NCBI GenBank assembly: GCA_028279595.1
Contig: JANQNK010000008.1
Coordinates: forward strand, 1-64,000
From: Thermoplasmatota archaeon
GTDB taxonomy: Archaea > Thermoplasmatota > JAKEGO01
DNA: 64,000 nucleotides
Direction: 5' to 3'
In this document: positions 30,072-38,925 of the stretch, in pieces
How positions within the stretch are numbered: position 1 is the stretch's first letter
Layout of the letters: the number at the start of each line of letters is the position of its first letter
The notes under the pieces: model-generated
What the model was told of the DNA's origin: nothing
Databases searched by the model: none
The model's input: only the letters and a program-made list of their open reading frames with translations
Made by a program: the position numbers and the translations under genes

Positions 30072-30584
30072 CTACTCGCCCTTCGCGGGAGGGGTGAAGA
30101 CCCTCGTGCCGAGCTCCTTGTCGAGCATGAGTATGCCCTGTCCGGAGTCCCCGATCCACTTGAGCTGCTGGACGACGCCGGTCGCCGACGCCTCCTCCTC
30201 GACCTGTTCCTCGACGAACCACTGCAGCATCTGCGCTGTCCCGTGGTCCTTCTCCTCGAGGGCGATGTCCATCAGACCGTTGATCAGTCCGGTCACCTTC
30301 TGCTCGTGAGCGTATGCGCCCTCGAACACAGCCAGTGGGGAGTCCCACTCGGTCTCCGGACCCTCTATGGTCGTCAACGTCACGCGCCCTCCGCGCTCGT
30401 TGACGTAGTCGAAGAGCTTCATTGCATGGAAGTGCTCCTCCTGTGCCTGGCAGTCCATCCATTTGGCCATGCCCGGCAGTCCCGCCGAGTCGAAGTAGGC
30501 CGACATCGAGTAGTACAGGTACTCGGAGTACACTTCCGCGTTTATCTGAGCGTTTATCGCGCTCTGCATCCTGTCGCTGAGCAT
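30072..30584 (-). CDS. ftnA: Non-heme ferritin
   Basis: QINAE.YS.YLY, EEHFHA, HEQKVT, WFVEEQVEEE. Confidence 0.95.
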   Translation of the reverse strand: MLSDRMQSAINAQINAEVYSEYLYYSMSAYFDSAGLPGMAKWMDCQAQEEHFHAMKLFDYVNERGGRVTLTTIEGPETEWDSPLAVFEGAYAHEQKVTGLINGLMDIALEEKDHGTAQMLQWFVEEQVEEEASATGVVQQLKWIGDSGQGILMLDKELGTRVFTPPAKGE

Positions 30585-30620
30585 ATGCTTCGCCTCCTCA
30601 GTTCCTCATCGATCGTCATT

Positions 30621-31001
30621 TCAGAGCTTGGTGCTCCAGAGGCCGTGCAGATTGCAGTAGGAACGGACCTCGCGGACCTTGCAGGTGGTCTCGAACTCGG
30701 CCATGGCCGGGGCTCCCGGCTCTAGGAACTTCTTGTAGGTCCTCGAGTTCGTTATAACCTCGATCCACGTGATGAAGTGCTCCTCCTCCATGGGGTGGGG
30801 TATCGAACCGACCTTCACGGTAACGCCGGTGTCGGTGACCTCCACGACTGGGAGATGCTTCTCCATGCCCGCGTCCTCGGTCTTCGGCGCCATGAGTATC
30901 ATCGGCTGGCCGCAGCATTCAAGAGCGCCCATTCCACCTTTTAGCACCTCGACCTCGTTCCCGCACATCTCGCACTTGTAGACCTCTAACTTCTCCGCCA
31001 T
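30621..31001 (-). CDS. dfx: Desulfoferrodoxin (2Fe superoxide reductase)
   Basis: YKCEMCGN..CCGQPM, EKH, HPM...H, CNLHGLW. Confidence 0.95.
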   Translation of the reverse strand: MAEKLEVYKCEMCGNEVEVLKGGMGALECCGQPMILMAPKTEDAGMEKHLPVVEVTDTGVTVKVGSIPHPMEEEHFITWIEVITNSRTYKKFLEPGAPAMAEFETTCKVREVRSYCNLHGLWSTKL

Positions 31002-31010
31002 TCTTTCACC

Positions 31011-31160
31011 TCATTTCACTCTCTTCATCGGGGATCCGCAGCAGTACGGGACCGCCGACGGAACCTCGTCGAACTCGATCGTGCTGCAATCTTCACAATC
31101 GCAGGTATACTGTACCGGCTTTCCCGCCGGCTCGCATGTCGTACAGACTCCTTCGTGCAT
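31011..31160 (-). CDS. 49-aa Cys-rich desulforedoxin-like miniprotein
   Basis: Not in track. MHEGVCTTCEPAGKPVQYTCDCEDCSTIEFDEVPSAVPYCCGSPMKRVK; GGAGG RBS; fills the fprA-dfx gap. Confidence 0.8.
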   Translation of the reverse strand: MHEGVCTTCEPAGKPVQYTCDCEDCSTIEFDEVPSAVPYCCGSPMKRVK

Positions 31161-31162
31161 AT

Positions 31163-32353
31163 TCATTCCTCCAGTATTCCAATCTCCCTATGCCGCTGGG
31201 CGATGGCGTCAGCCAGGTCGTCCAGCGCTTTGTAATCCTCATCCCTAGGCAGGCCCTTCACTAGGACCGGCTCTAGCATTTCTGCCTTCATGTTGCCGAG
31301 CAGCGACGTCATCTGGTCCACGACCTTGCTCCCCCATCCGAAGGAGCCGATCAGTCCCATGTACCTCGTCTTCGGTTTCAGCGCATTGATGAGGTACGCC
31401 GTGTAGACGGCAGTTGGATGTGCCCCGGTCAGGACAGTCGGGGTGGCCAGCACGATGGTCGCGGCGTCCACTGTCTCCATTGCAAGGTCTCCGATGTCGG
31501 TGACCGTCAGATTGTACATCTTCGCCTTGACGCCCCGGTCGGTAAGTGCCTCTGTGAGGTGTTCCGCCATCCTGCGGGTCGAGTCGTGCATCGACACGTA
31601 CGCGACGATGGCCTCGTTCGTTACGTCCGGGGATGTCCAATCCTTGTAGGCGTCGAGTATCCGCGACGGCTCGTTGTGAACGGGTCCGTGGCTGGGACCG
31701 ATGTAGTTGACGTCGAGCCCGTCGATCCTCTCGAGGTACTTCGGGATCAGATGCTTGAAGGGCATCATGATCTCGGCGTAGTAGCGCTTCGCTGCCGGAT
31801 AGACGGCGTTCCAGTCGTTGGAGAACAGGTCGCTCGTCGCAAGGTGCGAACCGAGGAAGTCGCAGGAGAAGAGTATCCCGTCCTCCTGGATGTAGGTCAT
31901 CTGTGTCTCCGGCCAGTGGACCCATGGAGAGATCATGAACTCGAGCGTCCTGTCGCCCAGCGAGAGCGTGTCCCCGTCCTGGATGACCTTGAACCTCTCT
32001 CCGGGGATATGCAGATGGTCCACGCTGAGGCCCATGCACTTGGCGTTCGTGACGACGACGGCGTCGGGATACCTTCCGAGGATGTCCATGATCCCGCCGG
32101 AGTGGTCCTGCTCGGTGTGATTGGTCACGATGTAGTCGATCCTCTCGACGCCCACCTCGTCCAGGTGCGCCATCAGTTCATCCATTTTCTCCGGATCGAC
32201 CGTGTCGATAAGGGCCGTCGCCTCGGACCCCACCACCAGGTAGGAGTTGTAGCTCGTCCCGTCCGGTAATGGTATCAGTTCGTCGAAGAGGCGCCTGTCC
32301 CAGTCGATTGCTCCGACTGCATATACGCCCTCGACGATCCGGCGTGCACCCAT
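31163..32353 (-). CDS. fprA: Flavodiiron protein (A-type flavoprotein)
   Basis: GTSYNSY, HTEQDHSG, HWPE, GPSHG, flavodoxin domain (GSFGW). Confidence 0.93.
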   Translation of the reverse strand: MGARRIVEGVYAVGAIDWDRRLFDELIPLPDGTSYNSYLVVGSEATALIDTVDPEKMDELMAHLDEVGVERIDYIVTNHTEQDHSGGIMDILGRYPDAVVVTNAKCMGLSVDHLHIPGERFKVIQDGDTLSLGDRTLEFMISPWVHWPETQMTYIQEDGILFSCDFLGSHLATSDLFSNDWNAVYPAAKRYYAEIMMPFKHLIPKYLERIDGLDVNYIGPSHGPVHNEPSRILDAYKDWTSPDVTNEAIVAYVSMHDSTRRMAEHLTEALTDRGVKAKMYNLTVTDIGDLAMETVDAATIVLATPTVLTGAHPTAVYTAYLINALKPKTRYMGLIGSFGWGSKVVDQMTSLLGNMKAEMLEPVLVKGLPRDEDYKALDDLADAIAQRHREIGILEE

Positions 32354-32354
32354 C

Positions 32355-32516
32355 TCATGCCACCTTTTCGAAGTCCTCTTTGCCCGCACCGCATATGGGG
32401 CAGAACCATCCCTCGGGGACGTCCTCCCATGCGGTTCCGGGATCGACGCCCTGGTCCGGGTCGCCGGCAGCTGGATCGTATATGTAGCCACACACCTTGC
32501 ATTCGTACTTGTCCAT
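32355..32516 (-). CDS. Rubredoxin
   Basis: Not in track. [53 protein letters not shown]. Confidence 0.95.
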   Translation of the reverse strand: MDKYECKVCGYIYDPAAGDPDQGVDPGTAWEDVPEGWFCPICGAGKEDFEKVA

Positions 32517-32538
32517 CACATCATTCCTCCGTTCTCCA

Positions 32539-33069
32539 TCACAGTGCGCTGTCGAACTCCTCGTCGTCGAAGCCCTCGAAGGACTCGTAGATCTCCCAGT
32601 AGCCCTCCGCGGTGTCGACGCTCCGGAGATTGTCGAGCTCGAGCCTGATCAGTTCGAAGTGCGAACGCTCCATGTTCGCAAGGACGTTGAGCTGCCTCGC
32701 CCTGTCGAGGTCTCCGTCCGATTCGAACCTCTTTGCCATGGATCTGTAGAACTCCTCGGCAGCCGTCTCGGCCTCGAGGGCACCCTCGAGGACCTCTATA
32801 GGGGTCATCTGGGTGTCGTACCTGAGCGAGGGGAGGGGGACCTCCGTCGTCTCCGGGACCACTATCTCCTCGTCGGGGCGTATCGCCTTTAGGTTGCGCC
32901 TGAGGAAGCGCTCGTGACGCTCCTCCTCCCTCGCCAGGAAGGTGAACCTGTCCTTCACCATGTTGCTCTGGGCGCGGTCGGACATCGATCCGTAGATGTC
33001 CTGGCTCTCCATCTCTGCCTTGATGGCTGCAAGGAAAAGGTCCTTTATCTCATACTCATCGGTCTTCAT
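32539..33069 (-). CDS. Ferritin-like/rubrerythrin diiron protein
   Basis: KAE, EEERH, EAE..AEEFY, MERSH; paralog of 28942-29436. Confidence 0.85.
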   Translation of the reverse strand: MKTDEYEIKDLFLAAIKAEMESQDIYGSMSDRAQSNMVKDRFTFLAREEERHERFLRRNLKAIRPDEEIVVPETTEVPLPSLRYDTQMTPIEVLEGALEAETAAEEFYRSMAKRFESDGDLDRARQLNVLANMERSHFELIRLELDNLRSVDTAEGYWEIYESFEGFDDEEFDSAL

Positions 33070-33120
33070 CTTTCATCACCTCGCGGACGCCCCATGTCAC
33101 ACGACGGGGCCGGACATTGC

Positions 33121-33277
33121 CGAAGTGTCATTTTTAACTTTCGCCATTCATGACATCAGCGATCGTCTTGACACGTCCGGGCGTATCCGGCGCCTTTCGG
33201 CACAAATCCTAAATACGGAAGGGTATATATGAATAACGCCTAATAGGTGACGAAATCCGTAAAAAAAGCGACGGATT
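33121..33277. promoter_or_regulatory. Divergent promoter with inverted repeats
   Basis: CGAA-N15-TTCG (33121-33143) around the AT-rich box of the stress operon; TATATAT at ~33224; AATCCGT-N10-ACGGATT (33254-33277). Confidence 0.5.
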
Positions 33278-33296
33278 ACGTTCAGAAGGTGTTCAC

Positions 33297-33719
33297 ATGG
33301 ACGACACCGACATGAAGATAATCGACGCGCTCGAGAACAATGCCAGGGCCACTTTCACGGAGATAGCGAAGGGGCTCGGGGTCTCAGAATCCACTGTGAG
33401 GAAGAGGGTGGACAACCTCGAGGAGACCGGGGTGATCAAGGGTTACGCCGTCATCCTCGATCCGATAATGATGGGGAAGCGTGCTGTAACATATCTCGGC
33501 CTCGACGCCGAGCCGGAGGACTTCCTCGACATCGTCGAGGCCCTTTCAACGATGGAAGAGGTGAGATGGCTGGCCACGGCCACCGGGGACCACATGATAA
33601 TGGCCGAGATCTGGGCCGAGGACGACGCCACACTGTCGAGGTTCCTGGAGGAGAGGGTGAAGACCATACCCGGCGTCATGCGGGTCTGCCCGACCATAGT
33701 CCAGGAGCGTGTGAGGTAG
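33297..33719 (+). CDS. Lrp/AsnC regulator, LrpA-like
   Basis: LENNARATFTEIAKGLGVSESTVRKRV..LEETGVI, TGDHMI. Confidence 0.9.
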   Translation: MDDTDMKIIDALENNARATFTEIAKGLGVSESTVRKRVDNLEETGVIKGYAVILDPIMMGKRAVTYLGLDAEPEDFLDIVEALSTMEEVRWLATATGDHMIMAEIWAEDDATLSRFLEERVKTIPGVMRVCPTIVQERVR

Positions 33720-33721
33720 GC

Positions 33722-34441
33722 ATGGACGAAGTCGCCGCGACGGTCCACTGCGACGCAGAGGGAATCCTCGTCGAGAGGAGCAACAGGTTCCTGGCCATCG
33801 TTGACATCGATATCGAAGGAGATGTCTCGAGGGAGAAGGCCCACGTACATGACCCGGGAAGATTGCTGGAACTGCTATATCCCGGGAACAGACTGTTGTT
33901 GAGGAAGGCGGACAACCCGGACAGGAAGACCGGATGGGACGTCATTGCCGCGCGTTACGAGGATGAATGGATACTGATCAATTCCGTTTTCCATAGAGGG
34001 ATCGCCGACTGGCTTCTATCGAAGGACGACAACCCGTTCGGGCGATTGGAGGGTCTGACCCCCGAGGTGACCGTGGGCCACAGCAGGCTCGATTTCATGG
34101 CCGAGGATAGTGAAGGGACTCCGCTTGGTATCGAGGTCAAGGGATGCACCCTGGCCGTCGACGGGACGGCCCTTTTCCCCGACGCACCGACCGAACGCGG
34201 GAGGAAGCACGTGGAGACCCTCATCGGCCTCGTTCGGGGCGGGAAACGGGCGGGTTTGCTGATACTGGTATTCAGACCGGACCCAATGGAGTTCGCTCCC
34301 AAGGACGATACCGATCCCAGGTTCGCGGAAGCGTTCTGGAGGGCCGTCGATCTAGGTGTCGAGGTCCACCCCGTCAAGTTCGGATTCGATGGAGGGAGGG
34401 TCCGGTATCTGGGCGAGATCCCGGTTGCCGACCACCCGTGA
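33722..34441 (+). CDS. sfsA: DNA/RNA nuclease SfsA
   Basis: NRF, HVHDPGRL, SRLDF, IEVKGCTL, FPDAPTERGRKH. Confidence 0.92.
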   Translation: MDEVAATVHCDAEGILVERSNRFLAIVDIDIEGDVSREKAHVHDPGRLLELLYPGNRLLLRKADNPDRKTGWDVIAARYEDEWILINSVFHRGIADWLLSKDDNPFGRLEGLTPEVTVGHSRLDFMAEDSEGTPLGIEVKGCTLAVDGTALFPDAPTERGRKHVETLIGLVRGGKRAGLLILVFRPDPMEFAPKDDTDPRFAEAFWRAVDLGVEVHPVKFGFDGGRVRYLGEIPVADHP

Positions 34442-34517
34442 TAAAACTGGTGACACGCGTCGATGATGCCCAGGCACACCAACGAGCACCGTCTTCGATT
34501 TACCTGAGTGACAATTC

Positions 34518-34559
34518 GGCGCCACGCCGGCCATGAGGTGGTACGCCGGCGTGTGCGCC
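34518..34559. terminator. Strong hairpin between convergent genes
   Basis: GGCGC-CACGCCGGC ... GCCGGCGTG-T-GCGCC, a 14-bp stem with one bulge. Confidence 0.45.
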
Positions 34560-34605
34560 TTCCCGCTGCAAGCCCCCGTGAAAGCGAGGCGAGATCTGGG
34601 GGGGT

Positions 34606-37600
34606 CTATCTCTTTGAGCGAGCGGGTGCCCTTCCGGGCTTTCCGACCTGAGGTGTCTCGGTAACGCGGTCGGAGTTCATGATGCCTAGGTAATCGTTCG
34701 TCAGCCTTGTACCGCCACCCCTCACCGTGACGACGACACCCTTCTCCCGCAGCGCCCTGAGGTGGTAGGCGACGGCGGGCTGCGTTACTTTCATCTTCTT
34801 CGCGAGCTTTGCCTGGGTTATCCCGGGGTTGGAACCGACGATCTCGACAATCCTGACCTCCGCTCCCCTGAGCTGGAACTCGGGGACCTTGTATCCGAAC
34901 GGATAGAAGCGCTTGCGGAAGCCGTCGTTCCTGCTCTTGATGAAGCCGGCCGTCTCCAGCACCCGGAGGTGATAGCCGGCGGAACCGTTCGGCAGTGCCA
35001 GCTGCTTCTTGATGAGGCTGAAGTGCGCTCCGGGATTCTCGAGGATGTACTCGACGAGCTTCCCGCGGGTCTTCTGGTCCGTGATCTTCTTTGTCCTGAG
35101 CTTGGAGTAGAGCGGGAAGAGCATGGAGAGGAAGAGGTAGAACCCGACTCCGGTGAACGCGAAGGCCGTCAGGACCCCCGCAGCGGCGACGCCGGCTATC
35201 AATCCCTGTTCGTCCGAGTTCGGGGGCCGGAAGAAGGGCTTCGCGCCGTCGTCCTCGCCGTCATCATTGTCCACGTAGAGGACGACGCTGTCCTCGTCGG
35301 AGTGGTGGTATCCGTCGTACGATATCACAACGATGGTGTGGTTCCCGTCATCCAGGTCGGCGGTCTTGATCCTGTAGGTCCAGCTCGTCTTCCCATCGGC
35401 GTACTTCCAGGAACCGTTGTCGATCTTGACCTTGACCCACTGGATGATGCCGTTCGAGTCCCAGGCCGTTCCCGAGAGCTCGACCGTCCCGTTGACCTCG
35501 TCGCCTGTCTCGTGGGATGTTATCTCCACTGTGGGCTTCCTGTTGACAATGACCTTGCCCTTGACGGGGTCGCTCTTCACGTCCTCGTCATCGACGGTCC
35601 ACAGGTAGATGTCATGGGTACCCAGTGAGAGTCCGTCGGTCGTGAAGGTCGAGTTGGTGCCCTCGTAGAGCTCCTCGTCGATGCTCGAGGCCCACAGGTA
35701 CTTCGCGATTGAACCGTCGTCGACGCCGCCCGCCTTGAAGGTGACCTCGGCGCCGTAGAGGGCCGGGCTCGGGGATATCGACAGGATGACCGCGGATGGT
35801 TCACCGTTTATCGTCACGGTCCCTTCGACCTCGTCGCTCCAGGTCCCATCGGAGTCCTTGACCTTGAAGTAGATGGTGTGGGTGCCGTTCGACAGCTTCT
35901 TCGTCGAGAACACGAAGTGGGGTCCGTAGTAGAGGAGGCCGTCGATGCTCGAGCGCCAATGGTACTTGATCGTTCCCTCGGAACCGGTCCCGTTGAAGGT
36001 CACGTATTCGCCCTGGTCGGCCGACTCGGGCGAAATGCCCACGATCTCCGCCTCCGGCCTCTCGGTCTCGTTCTCGTCCTCGCTGCCGTTGACGTTGAGA
36101 TAGGTGTAGTAGTAGTCGCTCAGGGCGCCGTCGTCGTCCCTGACCTTGACCTTTATCGTGTGGTTCCCGTCAGAGAGCCCGGTCTCCTGGAAATGGTCGG
36201 ACTCGCCCTCGTAGAGCTCGCCATCCTTGAACGAGTACCAGAAGTACCAGACCACCTCGCCGTCCGGATCGGTGGCGTTCACGTGGAAGTACACCGTATC
36301 GTTCTCTTCCGCCGGGTCCGGTGTGATATACACATCGGTGATACTGGGTCCGACGTTCTTCGTACCGTTTATCGTGACATGGTCGTAGGCGTAGTCGCTT
36401 GCCAGCTCCTCATCATCGTAGACCTTGAGCTTGATGGAGTGGTTGCCGACGGACAGATCATCGGTGGTGAAATGGCTCTTGTTGCCTGCATACAGCTGGC
36501 CGTCCTTTGAAGAATACCAAACGTACCATATGATATCGCCGTCGGGATCGGACCCGCTTCCGTAGAAGGTCACTGCCTCACCTTCCTCCGCGTGGTCTGG
36601 ATCGATCTCGAGGATGGTCGCGTTCGGCTTCTGGTTCTCCGAGCCGTTCACGACCAGATGGGAGTATGCATAATCACTGTGTGCGTCGTCGTTGTCGTAG
36701 ACCTTCAGCTTGATCGTGTGGTTGCCGACGGACAGTTCACTGCATGTGAACGAGGTCTCGTTTCCCTCGTAGAGCTCTCCGTCCTTGGATGAATACCAGA
36801 CGAACCAGTCCACGTAGCCGTCGGGGTCCTGACCGCCTCCCTTGAAAGTGACGTTCTCGCCCTCCTCGGCCGGGTTTGGCGTGATGTCGAATATGGTGGC
36901 ATTGGGCCTCTGGTTCTCGTCGCCCTCGATGACGACATAGGATTGAGCGTAATCGCTGTGGGCATCGTCATCATCCCACACCTTGAGCTTGATGGTATGA
37001 TTTCCGATGGACAGGTCGTTCGTAGTGAACGAGCTCGAGTTTCCCTCGTGGATCCAGCCGTCGAAGGAGGAGTACCAGTCGTACCACACGACCTCACCGT
37101 CAGGATCGGTACCTTTGCCGTAGAAGGTGACGTTCTCGCCCTTCTCGGCGGGATTCGGATCGATCTCCAGGATCTCGGCCGTAGGGCTCTGGTTCTCAGT
37201 ACCGTTGATGACGAGGTGATCGTAGACGTAATCGCTCGTCGCGTTATCATCGTCCCTGACCTTGTGTTTGATCGTGTGATTCCCCGAGGACAGGTTGGTT
37301 GTCGAGAAATGGCTCTCGTTACCTTCGTAGAGCTCGCCATCGATGGACGAATGCCAGTAGTACCAGACGACCTCGCCGTCGGGATCGCTGGCATTGCTCG
37401 TGAATGTTATGGAATGGCTGTTGTTGGCCGGGTTCGGCGATATCCCGCCGATGTCGGCGATCGGTGCGTGGTTGCTGTCCTTTACCTTGAGTGTCTCGTG
37501 ATCGTACTCGCTCCAGGTGTGATTGTTGTCCATCACCCAGAACTTGATCTTGTGCTCCCCTATCGAAAGGTTCGAGTACGTTGTCGAGTTGGAGGATCCG

Positions 37601-38808
37601 TTGTAGAACACTCCGTCGATATCGGAGGCCCACCGGTACTTGATGATGGTGCCGTCCTCGTCCTCGCCGTAGCCTGTGAACGTCACATCATCGTCATCGA
37701 AGGCTGGTGCTGGTGATATCGATGAGATGTGGGCCGAAGGTGCCTTGTTTCCGGTGGATCCACCATCGGGTTCCATGAGTGGATACCGGTCCTCGTTGTT
37801 CCCTTCACCATCGATCTGGTACGCGGTATCGCCGATCCCGTCCTCGTCGGCGTCCGTACCTTCGTAATCGTCCCAGTAGTTGCCTTCCTCGCCGTCGTCC
37901 CAATCTAAGTTGTCATCGGAATTGGACACGCAGAGGGTCTGGGTCGAATTCGTATGATTGGTATCATTGCTTCCATAGAATTGGTTGTGATGGATGGTGA
38001 TGTTGTTGAAGCCGCCGCTCCCGATCTGGATGCACCATCCCCAGTGATCCGTGATGTTATTCCCGGTGATCAGCACGTGGTTCACTCCACCTGGCCAGCC
38101 GTAGAAGATTATTCCGAGATGGCTATCGGCGATGTAATTGTCGGTGATCTCGACGTCCCGGCAGTCGACCAACCTGATGCAGTTCTCTGGAGCACCTGTT
38201 ATCTCATTGCCATCTATCGTCAGGTTATGGGAATTCTTCCACTGGATCCCTGCTCCGAAGCTCGCAGTCCTGATGATGCATTCGCGCACTTCGGACCAGT
38301 TGGCGCACTGTGCCTTGATGGCATGGGAATTGATCCCCTCTATCAGGCAGTCCTGGATGAGGATCTCCTCAACATACCGCATACCGATGACCCCGTAGGA
38401 CCAGTGATGGTCGGAACCTGTGATGTTCATCTCCTTGATGACGACGTTGTAGCCATTGATCTCGATGGTGTCGACCCTGTACTCCTGGGAGTGGAGCCAG
38501 GTCTCACCCGTCCCATTCCCGATCAGGGATACCGAGTTGTTGACGTAGATGTTGCCGGAGTACTGTCCAGCGTATATCCGAATGGTATCCCAGTCACTGG
38601 ATGCGTTAAGGGCGTCCTGGATGTTGTCGTGATCTGCCCATGCCCCACCGTCGTCGTCCACGACGATCTCGTTGCCGGCGGAGGCCCCGGATGAGACCAG
38701 GTACAATGACGCCAAGAGGAGCGATACTATCGCCAGCATCCGGAGTCCTGCCGCCAGATTGATTTCCATTCTCGAACAATCGGGGATATTCCTACTTATC
38801 GAGCTCAT
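34606..38808 (-). CDS. Membrane-tethered transcription factor: beta-helix, 8 PKD-like repeats, Ig domain, TM, tandem winged-helix
   Basis: Signal peptide; GNYWDDY..DGIGD; W.SS.DG.LY.G repeats; TM; PLYS..RG..ENPGAHF..YHL..RFYP..SNPGITQ..YHL. Confidence 0.85.
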   Translation of the reverse strand: MSSISRNIPDCSRMEINLAAGLRMLAIVSLLLASLYLVSSGASAGNEIVVDDDGGAWADHDNIQDALNASSDWDTIRIYAGQYSGNIYVNNSVSLIGNGTGETWLHSQEYRVDTIEINGYNVVIKEMNITGSDHHWSYGVIGMRYVEEILIQDCLIEGINSHAIKAQCANWSEVRECIIRTASFGAGIQWKNSHNLTIDGNEITGAPENCIRLVDCRDVEITDNYIADSHLGIIFYGWPGGVNHVLITGNNITDHWGWCIQIGSGGFNNITIHHNQFYGSNDTNHTNSTQTLCVSNSDDNLDWDDGEEGNYWDDYEGTDADEDGIGDTAYQIDGEGNNEDRYPLMEPDGGSTGNKAPSAHISSISPAPAFDDDDVTFTGYGEDEDGTIIKYRWASDIDGVFYNGSSNSTTYSNLSIGEHKIKFWVMDNNHTWSEYDHETLKVKDSNHAPIADIGGISPNPANNSHSITFTSNASDPDGEVVWYYWHSSIDGELYEGNESHFSTTNLSSGNHTIKHKVRDDDNATSDYVYDHLVINGTENQSPTAEILEIDPNPAEKGENVTFYGKGTDPDGEVVWYDWYSSFDGWIHEGNSSSFTTNDLSIGNHTIKLKVWDDDDAHSDYAQSYVVIEGDENQRPNATIFDITPNPAEEGENVTFKGGGQDPDGYVDWFVWYSSKDGELYEGNETSFTCSELSVGNHTIKLKVYDNDDAHSDYAYSHLVVNGSENQKPNATILEIDPDHAEEGEAVTFYGSGSDPDGDIIWYVWYSSKDGQLYAGNKSHFTTDDLSVGNHSIKLKVYDDEELASDYAYDHVTINGTKNVGPSITDVYITPDPAEENDTVYFHVNATDPDGEVVWYFWYSFKDGELYEGESDHFQETGLSDGNHTIKVKVRDDDGALSDYYYTYLNVNGSEDENETERPEAEIVGISPESADQGEYVTFNGTGSEGTIKYHWRSSIDGLLYYGPHFVFSTKKLSNGTHTIYFKVKDSDGTWSDEVEGTVTINGEPSAVILSISPSPALYGAEVTFKAGGVDDGSIAKYLWASSIDEELYEGTNSTFTTDGLSLGTHDIYLWTVDDEDVKSDPVKGKVIVNRKPTVEITSHETGDEVNGTVELSGTAWDSNGIIQWVKVKIDNGSWKYADGKTSWTYRIKTADLDDGNHTIVVISYDGYHHSDEDSVVLYVDNDDGEDDGAKPFFRPPNSDEQGLIAGVAAAGVLTAFAFTGVGFYLFLSMLFPLYSKLRTKKITDQKTRGKLVEYILENPGAHFSLIKKQLALPNGSAGYHLRVLETAGFIKSRNDGFRKRFYPFGYKVPEFQLRGAEVRIVEIVGSNPGITQAKLAKKMKVTQPAVAYHLRALREKGVVVTVRGGGTRLTNDYLGIMNSDRVTETPQVGKPGRAPARSKR

Positions 38809-38850
38809 GATGATCCCTCGTTCCTTTCGTGGTTTTCATCCGGGAGGAGC

Positions 38851-38879
38851 ATATAAGTAAAGATTGGAACGAGTCTTTA
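38851..38879 (-). promoter_or_regulatory. TATA-adjacent dyad motif, copy 1
   Basis: TAAAGA-TTGGAACGAG-TCTTTA (38858-38879) abutting a TATA-like box. Confidence 0.6.
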
Positions 38880-38925
38880 TAACGTCGACCGAACGTGGAT
38901 CCATTGACTGGCTATTCCATCCAGA

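Noticed and set aside
32354-32491. N-terminal extension of FprA
   Set aside because: Region is occupied by the rubredoxin gene in another frame
24461-33069. Possible selenocysteine or pyrrolysine recoding in the redox genes
   Set aside because: Catalytic Cys motifs are intact and the ORFs are full length; no in-frame stop at a conserved site
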